Assembly: GCA_021604525.1 (NCBI GenBank)
Contig: BQJD01000003.1
Coordinates: forward strand, 12,242 to 76,241
DNA: 64,000 nt
Source of the DNA: a marine bacterium B5-7
GTDB taxonomy: Bacteria > Pseudomonadota > Gammaproteobacteria > Arenicellales > CAJQKF01
Direction: 5' to 3'
Under the pieces are notes generated by a model. The model ran no database searches. It was not told the DNA's origin and was given only the letters and a program-made list of their open reading frames with translations. The position numbers and the translations under genes were made by a program. Below are positions 48,939 through 60,799 of this stretch, one piece after another. Positions within the stretch are counted from its first letter, which is position 1. Each line of letters opens with the position of its first letter.

Positions 48939-51452
48939 ATGAAAACACACGCCCGGGTAGTTGTTATTGGCGGTGGAGTCGTTGGCGCGAGCACACTCTT
49001 TCATTTGGTTAAAAAAGGAGTAAACGACGTCGTTCTGGTGGAGCGGAACGAGTTAACCTCGGGATCGACCTGGCATGCAGCCGGTTTGTTGCCGTTGTTC
49101 AACATGAGCTACTCGGTTGGCCAGATTCATAAATACTCGGTCAATCTGTATGAATCACTTGAAGCGGAGACAGGTCAGAACGTGGGCCTTCGACAGGTAT
49201 CGAATATTCGTCTGGCACGAACCGCAGACCGAATGGACGAATATCGTTACTACGCAGGTGTCGCCAGGACAATCGGTGTCGATGTGCGTTTTCTCACGCC
49301 TGACGAGATCAAGGAAGTGTGGCCGTTGTGTCGTACGGATGATTTACTGGGCGCCATCCAGCATCCCAACGACGGTTATGTGCAGCCAGCCGATCTGACC
49401 CAGGCATTTGCCCGCGGCGCGCGTGCCGGCGGCGCCGAAATTTACCGCCAGACCAGAGTCACGGCGATCAGCCGGGTTGCCTCCGGTGAATGGCGGGTGA
49501 CGACTGACAAAGGTGAGATCATCGCCGAGCACATTGTCTCCTGTAGCGGCAATTTCGTTCGTCAGACCGGTCGCATGGTGGGTCTGGATATTCCGGTCAT
49601 TCCGGTCGAACACCAGTACATTGTTACCGAGCCCCATCCTGAGATATTAAAGCGTCGCGAGCAGGGGCTACCGGAGATGGGTGTGTTGCGCGAGTCGGAT
49701 GCTTCATATTACATGCGTGAGGAAAACGGCGGTCTGCTGTTAGGTCCGTATGAAGTCGGTGCGCCATGCTGTTATGTCGACGGCCCAAGCGATACGGCCG
49801 AGTATGAACTTTTCGAGCCGGACCTCGATCGGCTTGAGCCCTACATCGAGGCTTGCATGCACCGGGTGCCGGCCTTCGGCGAAGTCGGGGTCAAGAATAT
49901 TTACAACGGCGCCATCTGTTATACCCCGGACGGTTCACCGATTATCGGTCCGGCATGGGGACTTGAGAATTTTTGGCTCAACGAGGGTCACAGCTTCGGC
50001 ATCACCGCAGCCGGTGGCGCGGGCTGGCAAATTGCCGAATGGATAGTCGAAGGTGAGCCAAGCATCGACATGATGGGCGTCGATCCTCGACGCTTCGGCC
50101 CATATGCATCGCAAGGCTACCTGAAAGAGAAGAATGAAGAAGCCTATCGCAGCGTTTTTACCGTTCACTATCCTGACGAAGAACGCTCAGCCGCACGACC
50201 GTTGAAACGCGCACCGTGCTATGACCGCATGGCGGCGCTCGGCGCGGTGTTCGGTACCGTATATGGTTGGGAGCGACCTAACTGGTTTGCACCCATTGGC
50301 TATGGCCTGTCAGAGGCCGATCTGAACAAGCCAGACACGCTGGTGAATGAAAATCATCCAGCCATAGTCGATGGTAAACCGCCACGTGAAAAGTGGAGTT
50401 TCCGACGCTCCAACTACTTTGAATTTGTAGGGAACGAATGCCGTCACGTTCACGAAAAAGTCGGCATGCTCGATATGAGTGCGTTCTCCAAATTTATTGT
50501 CGAAGGCAAAGGCGCTGAAGCGTGGTTGGAATCCCTTGTCGCCAACAAAATACCCAAACGGATCGGCCGTATTGCACTGACTCATATGCTGTCGAAAAAT
50601 GGCGGAGTGCGCAGCGAGTTTACGATCTACCGATCCGGTCCGGAATCATTCTATATGGTGTCCGCCGGTGCGCAGGAACGTCACGATTTCGACTACCTTA
50701 AGAAGTTAAGGCCGCTCGACGGCAGTGTCGATCTTCAAAAGGTCACCACCCAGTACGGCGTACTGGTGATCGCTGGACCGGATTCGCGCCGACTGTTACA
50801 GAAGCTCACCGATAGTGATTTATCGAACAAGGCATTTCCATGGCTCACCGGCCAGCACATCAGTGTCGGCTGGGCCAGGACACTGGCAATTCGGGTGAAC
50901 TTTGTTGGTGAACTCGGCTTCGAGCTCCATCATCCAATTGAAACCCAGAATTACCTTTTTGATCTGTTAATGGAAGCGGGGAAGGAATTTGATCTGAAAC
51001 CTTTCGGCATTCGCGCCATGGACAGCCTGCGGCTTGAAAAATCCTATCGACTGATTCCACGTGAATTATCCATTGAATATTCTGCGCTTGAATCCGGCCT
51101 CGATCGATTCGTTCGACTCGACAAGGAGGCCGATTTCATCGGCAAGAGCGCCTTGGCCGAATGGGCGGAGCGTGGCTTCAAGTATCAATTCGTCACCCTT
51201 GAAGTAGATGATATTGATGACACAGATGCCCGGGGTTCCGAACCCATCTACCGGGATGGCAAACTGGTGGGGCGTTGCACTTCAGGCGGTTTTGGCTTCA
51301 GGGTTAACAAGTCCATCGCCCTCGGTATGGTTCCGCCGGAGCTGTCTGCGATCGGCAATACCTTTGAAGTCGAGATACTGGGATCGCGTCATCGCGCCAC
51401 AATTATTCCCGAATCACCGTTTGATCCGGATAATGAACGACTTCGAACTTGA
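48939..51452 (+). CDS. FAD-dependent GcvT-family oxidoreductase, dimethylglycine/sarcosine dehydrogenase-like
   Basis: GGGVVG, TSGSTWHAAG (flavinylated His), GAICYTPDG, AGGAG, WERPNWF, GFRAMDS-type LRLEKSY folate-binding C-terminal domain. Confidence 0.92.
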   Translation: MKTHARVVVIGGGVVGASTLFHLVKKGVNDVVLVERNELTSGSTWHAAGLLPLFNMSYSVGQIHKYSVNLYESLEAETGQNVGLRQVSNIRLARTADRMDEYRYYAGVARTIGVDVRFLTPDEIKEVWPLCRTDDLLGAIQHPNDGYVQPADLTQAFARGARAGGAEIYRQTRVTAISRVASGEWRVTTDKGEIIAEHIVSCSGNFVRQTGRMVGLDIPVIPVEHQYIVTEPHPEILKRREQGLPEMGVLRESDASYYMREENGGLLLGPYEVGAPCCYVDGPSDTAEYELFEPDLDRLEPYIEACMHRVPAFGEVGVKNIYNGAICYTPDGSPIIGPAWGLENFWLNEGHSFGITAAGGAGWQIAEWIVEGEPSIDMMGVDPRRFGPYASQGYLKEKNEEAYRSVFTVHYPDEERSAARPLKRAPCYDRMAALGAVFGTVYGWERPNWFAPIGYGLSEADLNKPDTLVNENHPAIVDGKPPREKWSFRRSNYFEFVGNECRHVHEKVGMLDMSAFSKFIVEGKGAEAWLESLVANKIPKRIGRIALTHMLSKNGGVRSEFTIYRSGPESFYMVSAGAQERHDFDYLKKLRPLDGSVDLQKVTTQYGVLVIAGPDSRRLLQKLTDSDLSNKAFPWLTGQHISVGWARTLAIRVNFVGELGFELHHPIETQNYLFDLLMEAGKEFDLKPFGIRAMDSLRLEKSYRLIPRELSIEYSALESGLDRFVRLDKEADFIGKSALAEWAERGFKYQFVTLEVDDIDDTDARGSEPIYRDGKLVGRCTSGGFGFRVNKSIALGMVPPELSAIGNTFEVEILGSRHRATIIPESPFDPDNERLRT

Positions 51453-51678
51453 TGGTTAGCGCCCGGGATAATTGACGTCTGTTGATCCGGATTAGAAGAT
51501 TCATGCACTATAGATCGTAGAATTGCCTTTGAAATTCCAACCCGGTTGCTGTAAAACGCGGGTCGGCCGGGAAACCAAACTGATCCTTAAGAATTGGCAT
51601 CATTGAAGGTACGCACGGCTGAATCGGACGGGTGATATTTGCTGAGTACGTAACAAGACGGAGATGTAAAGAGAATCC

Positions 51679-52428
51679 ATGAAAATTCTGGTACCGGTTA
51701 AGCGCGTCATTGACGCCAACGTCAAGGTGAGAGTCAAGTCGGATCAATCCGGCGTGGAGCTCGCCAATATCAAGATGGCCATGAACCCGTTCTGTGAAAT
51801 TGCGGTGGAAGAGGCTTTGCGGATGAAAGAAGCCGGTCACGCCGACGAGGTCATCGTGGTGAGTGCCGGTGTGGCCCAGGCGCAGGAAACCCTGCGAACC
51901 GGTCTTGCCATGGGGGCCGATCGCGGAATTCTCATCGAATGTGAGAACGACCCGGAGCCACTTGCTGTCGCCAAGTTGTTGAAGGCGATATGTGAAAAGG
52001 AAGAGCCAGGTGTCGTGTTGCTCGGCAAACAGGCCATTGATGGGGACAACAACCAGACCGGGCAAATGCTGGCGGGATTGCTAGGCTGGGCGGTGGCGAC
52101 ATTTGCATCGCGTATTGAAGTCAGCGATGACACATTCAGAGTGACCCGCGAGATTGACGGTGGACTTGAAGCGGTCAAAACACCGCGTCCATCCGTGATT
52201 ACTGTCGACCTGCGGTTGAATGAGCCGCGCTACGCGTCATTGCCTAACATCATGAAAGCCAAGAAAAAGCAGGTGGATAAATACACGCCAGCAGATCTTG
52301 GTGTGGATATTTCTCCGCGCCTGGAGATATTGAAGGTGGTTGAACCGCCTGCCCGGGATGCGGGCGTGAAAGTGTCCAGTGCTGCAGAGCTGGTCGACAA
52401 ACTCAAGAACGAAGCAAAGGTTATATGA
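51679..52428 (+). CDS. etfB: electron transfer flavoprotein beta subunit
   Basis: [48 protein letters not shown]. Confidence 0.97.
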   Translation: MKILVPVKRVIDANVKVRVKSDQSGVELANIKMAMNPFCEIAVEEALRMKEAGHADEVIVVSAGVAQAQETLRTGLAMGADRGILIECENDPEPLAVAKLLKAICEKEEPGVVLLGKQAIDGDNNQTGQMLAGLLGWAVATFASRIEVSDDTFRVTREIDGGLEAVKTPRPSVITVDLRLNEPRYASLPNIMKAKKKQVDKYTPADLGVDISPRLEILKVVEPPARDAGVKVSSAAELVDKLKNEAKVI

Positions 52429-53384
52429 TGTCAATCCTAGTTATTGCCGAACACGACAACCAGGAACTGAAACCTGCTACATACAACGCCATTGGTGCCG
52501 CACTACAAATCGGCCTAAGTGCCGGGGAAGGCGCTGAGGTGGATGTTCTGGTGGTGGGGTCGGATTGCAAACCGGTTGCCGAAGCCGCCGCGGCTGCTGA
52601 TGGCATTCGCACTGTTCGGGTTGCAGATTCTGCAGAGTACGCAAACTTCATTGCAGAGAATGTGGCACCACTAATTGTCAATCTGGTTTCGGAATATACC
52701 CATATCCTCGTGCCCGCCACGACGTTCGGTAAGAATATCCTGCCGCGTGCGGCTGCGCTTCTTGATGTACAACAAATATCCGATATCAGCTCGGTTGTAT
52801 CGGATGACACATTCATCCGCCCCATCTATGCGGGCAACGCCATGGCGACGGTGAAATCAAGCGACTCGGTGAAGCTGGTTACCGTGCGTACCACGAGCTT
52901 TGAAGCCAGTGCCGACAGCGGTGGCTCAGCCGCAATCGAAGCACTGGATGCAACCGGAGACGCCGGTCTGTCGGTATTTGACGGTGCCGAGATCAGTTCC
53001 TCGGAACGCCCTGAGCTGACCAGTGCGGACATTGTCATATCAGGCGGTCGAGGTATGCAGAGCGGTGAAAACTTTGCCATGCTGGAACGCATTGCCGACA
53101 AGCTTGGTGCCGCGGTAGGCGCTTCGCGCGCGGCTGTTGATGCCGGCTACGTGCCTAATGATTACCAGGTCGGTCAAACCGGCAAGGTGGTCGCTCCAAA
53201 TCTGTATATCGCAGTCGGGATATCCGGCGCCATCCAGCACCTGGCGGGAATGAAGGACTCCAAAGTCATTGTTGCTATAAACAAGGATGACGAGGCACCG
53301 ATTTTTCAGGTGGCAGATTATGGTCTTGTTGCCGATCTGTTTGAGGCGATACCTGAATTTGAAGCCGCACTGGATAACGATTGA
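52425..53384 (+). CDS. etfA: electron transfer flavoprotein alpha subunit
   Basis: [52 protein letters not shown]. Confidence 0.97.
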   Translation: MMSILVIAEHDNQELKPATYNAIGAALQIGLSAGEGAEVDVLVVGSDCKPVAEAAAAADGIRTVRVADSAEYANFIAENVAPLIVNLVSEYTHILVPATTFGKNILPRAAALLDVQQISDISSVVSDDTFIRPIYAGNAMATVKSSDSVKLVTVRTTSFEASADSGGSAAIEALDATGDAGLSVFDGAEISSSERPELTSADIVISGGRGMQSGENFAMLERIADKLGAAVGASRAAVDAGYVPNDYQVGQTGKVVAPNLYIAVGISGAIQHLAGMKDSKVIVAINKDDEAPIFQVADYGLVADLFEAIPEFEAALDND

Positions 53385-53701
53385 GCGCCATAGCCAACAC
53401 ACCCCGACCACCGTATTACGCGGTTATATTTACCTCGGTCCTTAGTAACGATACAACGGCCTATAACGAAACAGCCGAACGCATGATGGTGCTTGCCGCC
53501 CAGCAGGCCGGGTTTCTTGGGGTCGAAACGGCCCGTGGTGAAATCGGTATGACGGTCTCGTATTGGCGCGATCTCGAATCAATAAAGGCCTGGCGCGAAC
53601 AGGCCGAGCACAGAGAAGCAAGACGTCTTGGCCGTGAGCGCTGGTACAGCGCTTACTGTTTGCGCATCGCCCGTGTCGAACGGGATTATCAAGGCCCATG
53701 A
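53381..53701 (+). CDS. antibiotic biosynthesis monooxygenase (ABM) family protein
   Basis: PPYYAVIFTS, GFLGVE, TVSYW...I.AW....H, WY..Y..RIARVER; overlaps the etfA stop. Confidence 0.88.
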   Translation: MSAIANTPRPPYYAVIFTSVLSNDTTAYNETAERMMVLAAQQAGFLGVETARGEIGMTVSYWRDLESIKAWREQAEHREARRLGRERWYSAYCLRIARVERDYQGP

Positions 53702-53822
53702 AATTCTCGTGGGGTTAGACGCTTAGAACCAGATTCTAAATTCGGATTCATGGAGAGCTTAGTGTACCCCCGAGCGTTTACGACCCTGATAATATCGCCC
53801 CACGTCACATGAGTACGATTTA

Positions 53823-54620
53823 ATGATTCAAATTGCTGTGGCCGGTGCCGCCGGCCGAATGGGCAGGGCGATAATCACCGTCTGCCAATCCGAAAAGGGA
53901 CTGCGGATATCCAACGCCATTGAGCGCGCCGGGAGCGATACCATCGGGGTCGACGCCGGGCAACTGGCCGGCGTTGGTAATATCGGTGTCCCGGTGGGTG
54001 ATGATATTAACGTGTCACCGTTTGATGTCCTGATTGAATTTACCAATCCCGGTGCGACCTTGAGTCATGTTAACTATTGTCGTGAGCAAGGCCGCGCCAT
54101 GGTTATTGGTACCACGGGCCTCGAAAACTCCGACCGTAAGGAAATCGAGCAGGCTGCTCGGGAAATATCCATCGTGTTTGCCGCTAACATGAGTATCGGT
54201 GTAAACCTGACTCTGCGAATGTTGCAGATCGCCGCGAGCGCACTTGGAGAATCTGTTGATGTGGAGGTCATCGAGGCTCATCACCGACACAAGGTAGATT
54301 CACCGTCCGGTACCGCCCTTGCCATGGGTGAGGCCGTGGCCACAGCCTGGGGTCGGAATCTTGACGACATCGGCGTGTTCACCCGACATGGCCAGGTCGG
54401 ACCGCGTGTCGACGGCTCCATTGGTTTTGCCACCGTTCGCGCCGGCGATATCGTTGGCGAGCACACTGTGATGTTCGCGTTGGAAGGTGAACGGGTCGAG
54501 ATTTCTCATAAAGCCTCTGACCGAATGACGTTTGCCAACGGTGCAATTCGAGCCGCTCGCTGGTTATCGTCCAGGACGCCGGGTCTGTACGACATGCAGG
54601 ACGTTTTAGGACTAAGATAA
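53823..54620 (+). CDS. dapB: 4-hydroxy-tetrahydrodipicolinate reductase
   Basis: GAAGRMG, IGTTG, ANMSIGV, EAHHRHKVDSPSGTA, RAGDIVGEH. Confidence 0.97.
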   Translation: MIQIAVAGAAGRMGRAIITVCQSEKGLRISNAIERAGSDTIGVDAGQLAGVGNIGVPVGDDINVSPFDVLIEFTNPGATLSHVNYCREQGRAMVIGTTGLENSDRKEIEQAAREISIVFAANMSIGVNLTLRMLQIAASALGESVDVEVIEAHHRHKVDSPSGTALAMGEAVATAWGRNLDDIGVFTRHGQVGPRVDGSIGFATVRAGDIVGEHTVMFALEGERVEISHKASDRMTFANGAIRAARWLSSRTPGLYDMQDVLGLR

Positions 54621-54632
54621 CCATACGATAAA

Positions 54633-54662
54633 TTGAAACCGGGTAGTGAAAACGGGTAGAAT
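54633..54662 (+). promoter_or_regulatory. sigma70-type promoter for carAB
   Basis: TTGAAA (54633-38), 18 bp, TAGAAT (54657-62). Confidence 0.5.
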
Positions 54663-54710
54663 CGCGTGCACTGAGGCGGGAGCCAGACAGGCCCATTGAA
54701 TCCCGTAGTC

Positions 54711-54745
54711 GAGGGGGAAACCGAACAAGGTTTCTCCCTTTTTTT
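54711..54745 (+). terminator. intrinsic terminator/attenuator in the carA leader
   Basis: GAGGGGGAAACC-GAACAA-GGTTTCTCCCTT, 12-bp stem (2 G-U), then T7; 22 nt before the carA start. Confidence 0.7.
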
Positions 54746-54767
54746 GAGTTCAGATCCGGAGAGTGTT

Positions 54768-55925
54768 TTGATCCATCCTGCCGTGCTGGTTTTGGAAGAC
54801 GGGACTGTCTATAAAGGCCGGTCGATCGGCGCCAGTGGCAAATCTACTGGTGAGGTAGTCTTCAATACGTCGATGACCGGTTATCAGGAAATCCTCACCG
54901 ATCCAAGCTATGCCCGCCAATTGGTGACGCTGACGTATCCGCATATTGGTAACACCGGTACAACCGATGAAGACGAGGAGTCGCGCCAGGTCTTCAGTTC
55001 AGGGCTTATTATTCGTGACCTGCCATCTGCCCCCAGTAATTTCCGATCGCAATCATCACTTGCCGATTTCCTGGCCAAGCGTGGCGTTGTCGCGATAGCC
55101 GACATCGATACTCGCGCACTGACACGCAGAATTCGTCAAAAAGGTGCCATGGCCGGTTGTATCCTGACTGCTCGTGACAGTGATACAACGCCTCCCGATA
55201 TTGATGAGGCACTTCTGGAAGCGAAATCCTTTCCGGGACTTGCGGGCATGGATCTGGCACGCGAGGTAACCATCGATAAAGCTTATGCCTGGCATGGCGG
55301 TACGTGGAAGCTTGGCCAGGGCTATGCCGATTCATCCGCTTCACCCGCATCATATCGCGTAGTGGCATACGACTTTGGCGTCAAGCGCAATATTCTGCGG
55401 CTGCTTGCCGATCGTGGCTGCGAAATCGAAGTGGTGCCGGCAATGACGTCGGCGGCCGACGTCATGGAGAAAAATCCGGATGGGATTTTTCTTTCAAATG
55501 GTCCCGGTGATCCTGAGCCGTGTGACTACGCAATCGAGGCGATCAAGGAATTTCTGCATCGCGATATACCTGTCTTTGGTATTTGTCTTGGTCACCAGTT
55601 GCTGGGGCTCGCTGCCGGCGCGCGTACCATGAAAATGAAATTCGGCCATCATGGCGCTAACCATCCGGTGCAGGATGTCGAAGATGGCAGGGTCTATATC
55701 ACCAGCCAGAATCACGGCTTCGCGGTTGACGATTCGTATTTGCCGGATACTCTGAAAGTCACGCATCGCTCCCTGTTTGACGGCAGTGTTCAGGGTCTCG
55801 CCAGCACGCAACATCCAGCGTTTTCATTTCAGGGACATCCCGAGGCGAGTCCCGGACCGCACGATATTATCAACCTGTTTGATCGCTTCATTGATCTTAT
55901 GCGTGAGGCGAAACAGAACAACTAG
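54768..55925 (+). CDS. carA: carbamoyl-phosphate synthase small subunit
   Basis: TTG start after GGAG ([12 protein letters not shown]); [38 protein letters not shown]. Confidence 0.97.
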   Translation: MIHPAVLVLEDGTVYKGRSIGASGKSTGEVVFNTSMTGYQEILTDPSYARQLVTLTYPHIGNTGTTDEDEESRQVFSSGLIIRDLPSAPSNFRSQSSLADFLAKRGVVAIADIDTRALTRRIRQKGAMAGCILTARDSDTTPPDIDEALLEAKSFPGLAGMDLAREVTIDKAYAWHGGTWKLGQGYADSSASPASYRVVAYDFGVKRNILRLLADRGCEIEVVPAMTSAADVMEKNPDGIFLSNGPGDPEPCDYAIEAIKEFLHRDIPVFGICLGHQLLGLAAGARTMKMKFGHHGANHPVQDVEDGRVYITSQNHGFAVDDSYLPDTLKVTHRSLFDGSVQGLASTQHPAFSFQGHPEASPGPHDIINLFDRFIDLMREAKQNN

Positions 55926-55982
55926 ATCGACTCAAATCGTTGATTACCTCATCCGCCTTAAACGACAGAAAAAACACCGGCA

Positions 55983-58900
55983 ATGCCCAAACGTACCGAC
56001 CTTAAAAGTATCCTCATCATTGGCGCAGGCCCGATCATCATCGGCCAGGCGTGCGAATTCGACTATTCGGGTGCGCAGGCGTGCAAGGCTCTTCGTCAGG
56101 AAGGCTACCGGGTGATTCTGGTGAATTCCAATCCGGCAACGATCATGACAGATCCGGAATTTGCCGATGCAACCTATATCGAGCCGATTCACTGGCGTGC
56201 GCTGGAGAAGGTAATCGAGCGCGAGCGACCAGATGCCGTTTTGCCAACCATGGGTGGTCAAACTGGTCTTAACTGCGCGCTGGATCTTGCCCGTCACGGC
56301 GTATTGGAAAAATACGGCGTAGAGATGATCGGTGCAACCAAAGAGGCAATCGACAAGGCTGAAGATCGGGAAAAGTTCAAAACTGCGATGAATGACATTG
56401 GTCTCGAGACGGTACGCGGAGACCTGGCTCACAGCATGGAAGATGCCTACCGGGTCCTTGACGATATCGGTTTCCCGGCCATTATTCGCCCGTCGTTTAC
56501 CATGGGCGGGAGTGGTGGTGGTATCGCCTACAATCGTGAAGAATATACCGAGATTTGCCAGCGCGGTCTGGATGTTTCACCCACTCAAGAACTGTTAATC
56601 GAAGAATGTGTTCTCGGTTGGAAAGAGTTCGAGATGGAGGTAGTGCGCGACTGCCGTGATAATTGCATCATCGTCTGCGCCATCGAGAACTTTGACCCGA
56701 TGGGCATTCATACGGGTGATTCGATTACTGTCGCGCCCGCACAGACGCTCACTGACAAGGAATACCAGATCATGCGCGACGCCAGTATAGCGGTGTTGCG
56801 TGAAATTGGTGTGGATACCGGCGGCTCCAACGTCCAGTTCGGTGTCGATCCGAATACGGGTCGCATGGTTATTATTGAAATGAATCCGCGGGTGTCGCGA
56901 TCCTCTGCGCTGGCATCCAAGGCGACCGGTTTCCCGATTGCCAAGATTGCGGCCAAGCTTGCGGTAGGTTATACCCTCGATGAGTTGCGCAACGACATTA
57001 CCGGTGGCGCCAGTCCTGCGTCGTTCGAGCCGTCCATCGATTATGTCGTAACGAAAATACCGCGTTTTGACTTCGTCAAGTTTCCGCAGGCAAATGCTGA
57101 ACTCACCACTCAGATGAAGTCGGTGGGCGAGGCTATGGCAATAGGCCGGACGTTCAAGGAATCCCTGCAAAAAGCCATTCGTAGCATGGAGATGGGAAAC
57201 TACGGGCTCGAACCGATTCACACTGGAACCGAAGATTCCGGCGAAGATCTCAAAGTCATTGCAGCCCGTTTACGCAATGCAGGCGCTGATCGACTCTGGT
57301 ATGTTGCGGACGCGTTCCGCTACGGCCTTGAATTGACCAAGGTGCAATCACTGACGGGTATTGATCCCTGGTTTTTATCGCAAATTCGCGAGCTGATCGA
57401 GGTCGAATCAACGGTTGCTGAAACAACCCTCGATAACATTGATCATGATTTGCTGCGTCGTTATAAGCGAGATGGTTTTTCCGATCATCGACTGGCAGCC
57501 TTACTCGGCTGTAGCGAAGACGAAGTCAGGGCGCATCGTCACGCCCTCGGCATCCGTCCGGTTTATAAGCGAGTCGATTCCTGTGCCGCGGAGTTTGCGA
57601 CTCCCACCGGTTATATGTATTCCACATACGAAATGGAATGCGAAGCCGAGCCTGCATCGGATCGTAAAATTATTGTTCTGGGTGGCGGCCCAAACCGTAT
57701 AGGTCAGGGAATCGAGTTTGACTATTGCTGTGTGCATGCATCCCTGGCACTCAAGGAAGATGGTTTTCAGACCATCATGGTCAACTGTAATCCTGAGACG
57801 GTGTCGACTGATTACGATACCTCGGACCGGCTTTATTTCGAGCCGCTGACGCTTGAAGATGTGCTCGAAATCATTCACGTCGAGAACCCGACCGGTGTTA
57901 TCGTCCAATTTGGCGGGCAGACTCCTCTGAAGCTCGCTCGCGAACTTGAAGCCGCCGGCGCACCTGTCATAGGTACCTCACCATCGGCGATTCATGGCGC
58001 CGAAGACCGTGAACAGTTTCAATCTCTGCTGGTCCGTCTTGGCCTCAAGCAACCACCCAACCGCATTGCCACCGATTCACTCAAAGCGCTCGAGCTTGCA
58101 GAGGAAGTTGGATATCCGTTGATTGTTCGGCCGTCCTACGTGCTGGGTGGACGTGCGATGGAAATTGTTCATACGCGACAGGATCTCGAAAATTATATGC
58201 AGGCGGCGATAAACGTTTCCAACGACTCCCCTGTATTGCTCGATCGTTTCCTCGATGACGCAATTGAAGTGGATGTCGATGCGATTTGTGACGGTAGAGA
58301 TGTTTTGATCGGCGGAATCATGGAGCACATTGAGGCTGCTGGCGTGCATTCCGGCGATTCTGCCTGTTCACTGCCTCCTTTCAGATTGACCAGCGATATA
58401 CAGGACGAGATGCGCCGTCAGACCGCAGCCATGGCCCTGGCGCTCGGTGTTGTCGGGTTAATGAATGTGCAGTACGCCATCAAGGAAGGTACCATTTACG
58501 TTCTCGAAGTTAATCCGCGAGCGTCACGTACCGTGCCATTCGTTTCAAAAGCGACATCCCGCCCGCTGGCGAAGATTGCCGCGCGAGTGATGGCCGGTCG
58601 CACGTTGGCCGAATTGGGTCAGCTTGAAGAAATCACGCCACCTTATTACAGTGTCAAGGAAGCGGTTTTCCCGTTCATAAAATTTCCAGGTGTCGATACA
58701 ATACTTGGACCAGAGATGAAAAGTACTGGTGAGGTGATGGGTATCGGGCAAACCTTCGCCGAGGCTTATAACAAGTCGCAACAGGCGACAGGATTATTTT
58801 TGCCAACAGGCGGTACGGTATTGTTCAGCGTCAAGAAATCCGATCAGCTTCTTGCAGTTGATATTGCCCGATGTTTCAACGAAGCGGGATTCAAGCTGGC

Positions 58901-59207
58901 AGCTACCCGCGGAACGGGCGAAGTGCTCGGCAATGCGGGTCTTGAAGTGACATTGATCAACAAGGTTGCCGAAGGTCGTCCTCATGTTGTCGACAGCATT
59001 AAAAACAACGAGTACAGTTTAATAATCAATACCACCGCCGGCAGGAAAAGCCTCAAGGATTCCTATACGATCCGGCGACAGGCATTGCAACATAATATTA
59101 CCTACTTCACGACTCTTGCGGGCGCACGAGCCGCCGCCGAGGCGATTAACTCTCAAGGAGAGATACAAGTGGAACGACTGCAAGAACTTCACAAGGCACT
59201 GGTATGA
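55983..59207 (+). CDS. carB: carbamoyl-phosphate synthase large subunit
   Basis: [16 protein letters not shown], two ATP-grasp domains, C-terminal MGS domain. Confidence 0.98.
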   Translation: MPKRTDLKSILIIGAGPIIIGQACEFDYSGAQACKALRQEGYRVILVNSNPATIMTDPEFADATYIEPIHWRALEKVIERERPDAVLPTMGGQTGLNCALDLARHGVLEKYGVEMIGATKEAIDKAEDREKFKTAMNDIGLETVRGDLAHSMEDAYRVLDDIGFPAIIRPSFTMGGSGGGIAYNREEYTEICQRGLDVSPTQELLIEECVLGWKEFEMEVVRDCRDNCIIVCAIENFDPMGIHTGDSITVAPAQTLTDKEYQIMRDASIAVLREIGVDTGGSNVQFGVDPNTGRMVIIEMNPRVSRSSALASKATGFPIAKIAAKLAVGYTLDELRNDITGGASPASFEPSIDYVVTKIPRFDFVKFPQANAELTTQMKSVGEAMAIGRTFKESLQKAIRSMEMGNYGLEPIHTGTEDSGEDLKVIAARLRNAGADRLWYVADAFRYGLELTKVQSLTGIDPWFLSQIRELIEVESTVAETTLDNIDHDLLRRYKRDGFSDHRLAALLGCSEDEVRAHRHALGIRPVYKRVDSCAAEFATPTGYMYSTYEMECEAEPASDRKIIVLGGGPNRIGQGIEFDYCCVHASLALKEDGFQTIMVNCNPETVSTDYDTSDRLYFEPLTLEDVLEIIHVENPTGVIVQFGGQTPLKLARELEAAGAPVIGTSPSAIHGAEDREQFQSLLVRLGLKQPPNRIATDSLKALELAEEVGYPLIVRPSYVLGGRAMEIVHTRQDLENYMQAAINVSNDSPVLLDRFLDDAIEVDVDAICDGRDVLIGGIMEHIEAAGVHSGDSACSLPPFRLTSDIQDEMRRQTAAMALALGVVGLMNVQYAIKEGTIYVLEVNPRASRTVPFVSKATSRPLAKIAARVMAGRTLAELGQLEEITPPYYSVKEAVFPFIKFPGVDTILGPEMKSTGEVMGIGQTFAEAYNKSQQATGLFLPTGGTVLFSVKKSDQLLAVDIARCFNEAGFKLAATRGTGEVLGNAGLEVTLINKVAEGRPHVVDSIKNNEYSLIINTTAGRKSLKDSYTIRRQALQHNITYFTTLAGARAAAEAINSQGEIQVERLQELHKALV

Positions 59208-59683
59208 GCGAGCGAGTTGTTCTAACCAAGGGAGGCGCTGAGCGTCTTCGCGATGAACTGAACCGGCTTAAGCGGGTTGAGCGACCGAGAATCATCCAGG
59301 CTATTGCAGAAGCGCGCGCCCATGGCGACTTGTCCGAGAATGCCGAGTACCATGCAGCACGTGACGAACAGGGTTTTATGGAAGCCCGCATACGGCAGTT
59401 AGAGGGTTGTTTGTCGGCAGCAGAGATCATCGATCCACTGCGTCTTAATGCCGGCAATAAAGTGGTATTTGGAGCGTATGTGACATTATTCGATGTCGAT
59501 ACCGAAGCGGAGATCAGCTACCAGATCGTTGGTGAGTTGGAGGCAGACCTCAACCAGGGTCAGATATCTATTGGATCCCCCATTGCCAAGGCATTACTCG
59601 GCCGTTCTGAAGATGATGAAATTTCCGTGCTCGTCCCGGCCGGTGAAAAAACCTATGAGATCATGAAGGTCGAATATCGATAG
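59204..59683 (+). CDS. greA: transcription elongation factor GreA
   Basis: [23 protein letters not shown]; follows carB with ATGA overlap. Confidence 0.96.
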   Translation: MSERVVLTKGGAERLRDELNRLKRVERPRIIQAIAEARAHGDLSENAEYHAARDEQGFMEARIRQLEGCLSAAEIIDPLRLNAGNKVVFGAYVTLFDVDTEAEISYQIVGELEADLNQGQISIGSPIAKALLGRSEDDEISVLVPAGEKTYEIMKVEYR

Positions 59684-59706
59684 GTTCCAATTAATTCACT
59701 AGCGCG

Positions 59707-60624
59707 TCAGTAAACCGATGGCTGACCTTCCGGGCGGGTCTTGAATCGTTTATGCACCCAAAAATACTGTGCCGGCATCAACCGTATGGCCTCTTCGATA
59801 CAGGTATTCATGCGGCGAGTATCTTCGATTTCGTCATCACCTGGAAAATCCGTTAACGCCGGAAGCAGAGTCAATTTGAATCCTTTGCCCTTGTCGAGTT
59901 GCTCAGTCAAACAGGGGACGACGCGAGCGCGACTCATCTTTGCGAAGCGTGACAACATGGGAAAGGTAGCTGTCTCGATTCCGAAAAATGGCACGAATAC
60001 ACCTTTGCGTCTGCCTGGATCCTGGTCAGGCAGGTAGTAAAACAGGCGGCCGCTGCGAATAGTCCGAATCAGGTTACGCATAGGCGCTTTTCGTTCCACC
60101 AGTTCGGCGCCGAATCGACAGCGCCCGGTTCGAATGGTTTCATCCATTATCGGGTTTTTCACAAACTGATACATGCTGACTGTGGGATATTGACGCGACA
60201 GATAGATGCCACCAATCTCCAATGCAATGAAATGCGGTGCAAGCAGAATAACGTTATCGCCATCATTAAGAACCGCTTCGAGGTTTTCACGTCCTTCAAC
60301 AGTGAACAGCTTATCGAGTCGCGATGTTGATGCGAACCAGTTAAGCCCGGTACTCATAACAGAGCGGCCAAGTTCGATGAAGTGCTGGCGCGTGAGATCG
60401 GTATGTTCCGCTTTTGACAATTCCGGAAAACACAGCTCGATATTACGATTGGCAATTCGGCGCCGCGAACTGAACAGCCGATATACCAATAAACCCAGGC
60501 CGCAGCCGATGGTGTGCAGCCAGCGTAATGGTAACAGGGATAGCACCCGTATTAATCCGATGCCAAAAAGAGTTGGCCAGTAACGTGGATGGTAGCGGTT
60601 TATAGCGGTGGGGCTTTCTGCCAT
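59707..60624 (-). CDS. lpxL: lipid A lauroyl/acyltransferase (LpxL/HtrB family)
   Basis: HPRYWP, PHFIALE, LPDQD, FFG, PAQYFWVHKRFKTRP. Confidence 0.9.
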   Translation of the reverse strand: MAESPTAINRYHPRYWPTLFGIGLIRVLSLLPLRWLHTIGCGLGLLVYRLFSSRRRIANRNIELCFPELSKAEHTDLTRQHFIELGRSVMSTGLNWFASTSRLDKLFTVEGRENLEAVLNDGDNVILLAPHFIALEIGGIYLSRQYPTVSMYQFVKNPIMDETIRTGRCRFGAELVERKAPMRNLIRTIRSGRLFYYLPDQDPGRRKGVFVPFFGIETATFPMLSRFAKMSRARVVPCLTEQLDKGKGFKLTLLPALTDFPGDDEIEDTRRMNTCIEEAIRLMPAQYFWVHKRFKTRPEGQPSVY

Positions 60625-60799
60625 GAAATTCGATAGTGCACTGGCATATTGATGGTGTGGAATTATAGCAGTGATCAAGATTATATTTGACGGCTGACCG
60701 TGTTGGGGTTTGCCCGGTAATCTTGTACAAATGGATCGAAAGGAGCGCTGGGCAGTCGTGATGACGGCGTAGTCCACCAACTGATGCAAGAGATTCGAG

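Noticed and set aside
53725-53741. TTAGAA-N5-TTCTAA upstream of dapB, sharing TAGAACC with the REP-like element
   Set aside because: Only 7 nt shared and no core sequence; cannot be assigned to that family
54753-54766. GATCCGGAGAGTGT resembles the PyrR-binding loop consensus
   Set aside because: Much of the match is the carA Shine-Dalgarno sequence; the supporting hairpin and upstream element are not evident
54696-54767. 24-aa N-terminal extension of CarA in the ORF track
   Set aside because: Homologues begin at the MIxxAxLVLEDG equivalent; TTG 54768 has a GGAG SD and the extension spans a terminator
56595-57221. 208-aa antisense ORF in carB, and similar ORFs opposite gatB, putA and the ABC genes
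   Set aside because: Antisense shadows of conserved genes, expected from codon bias
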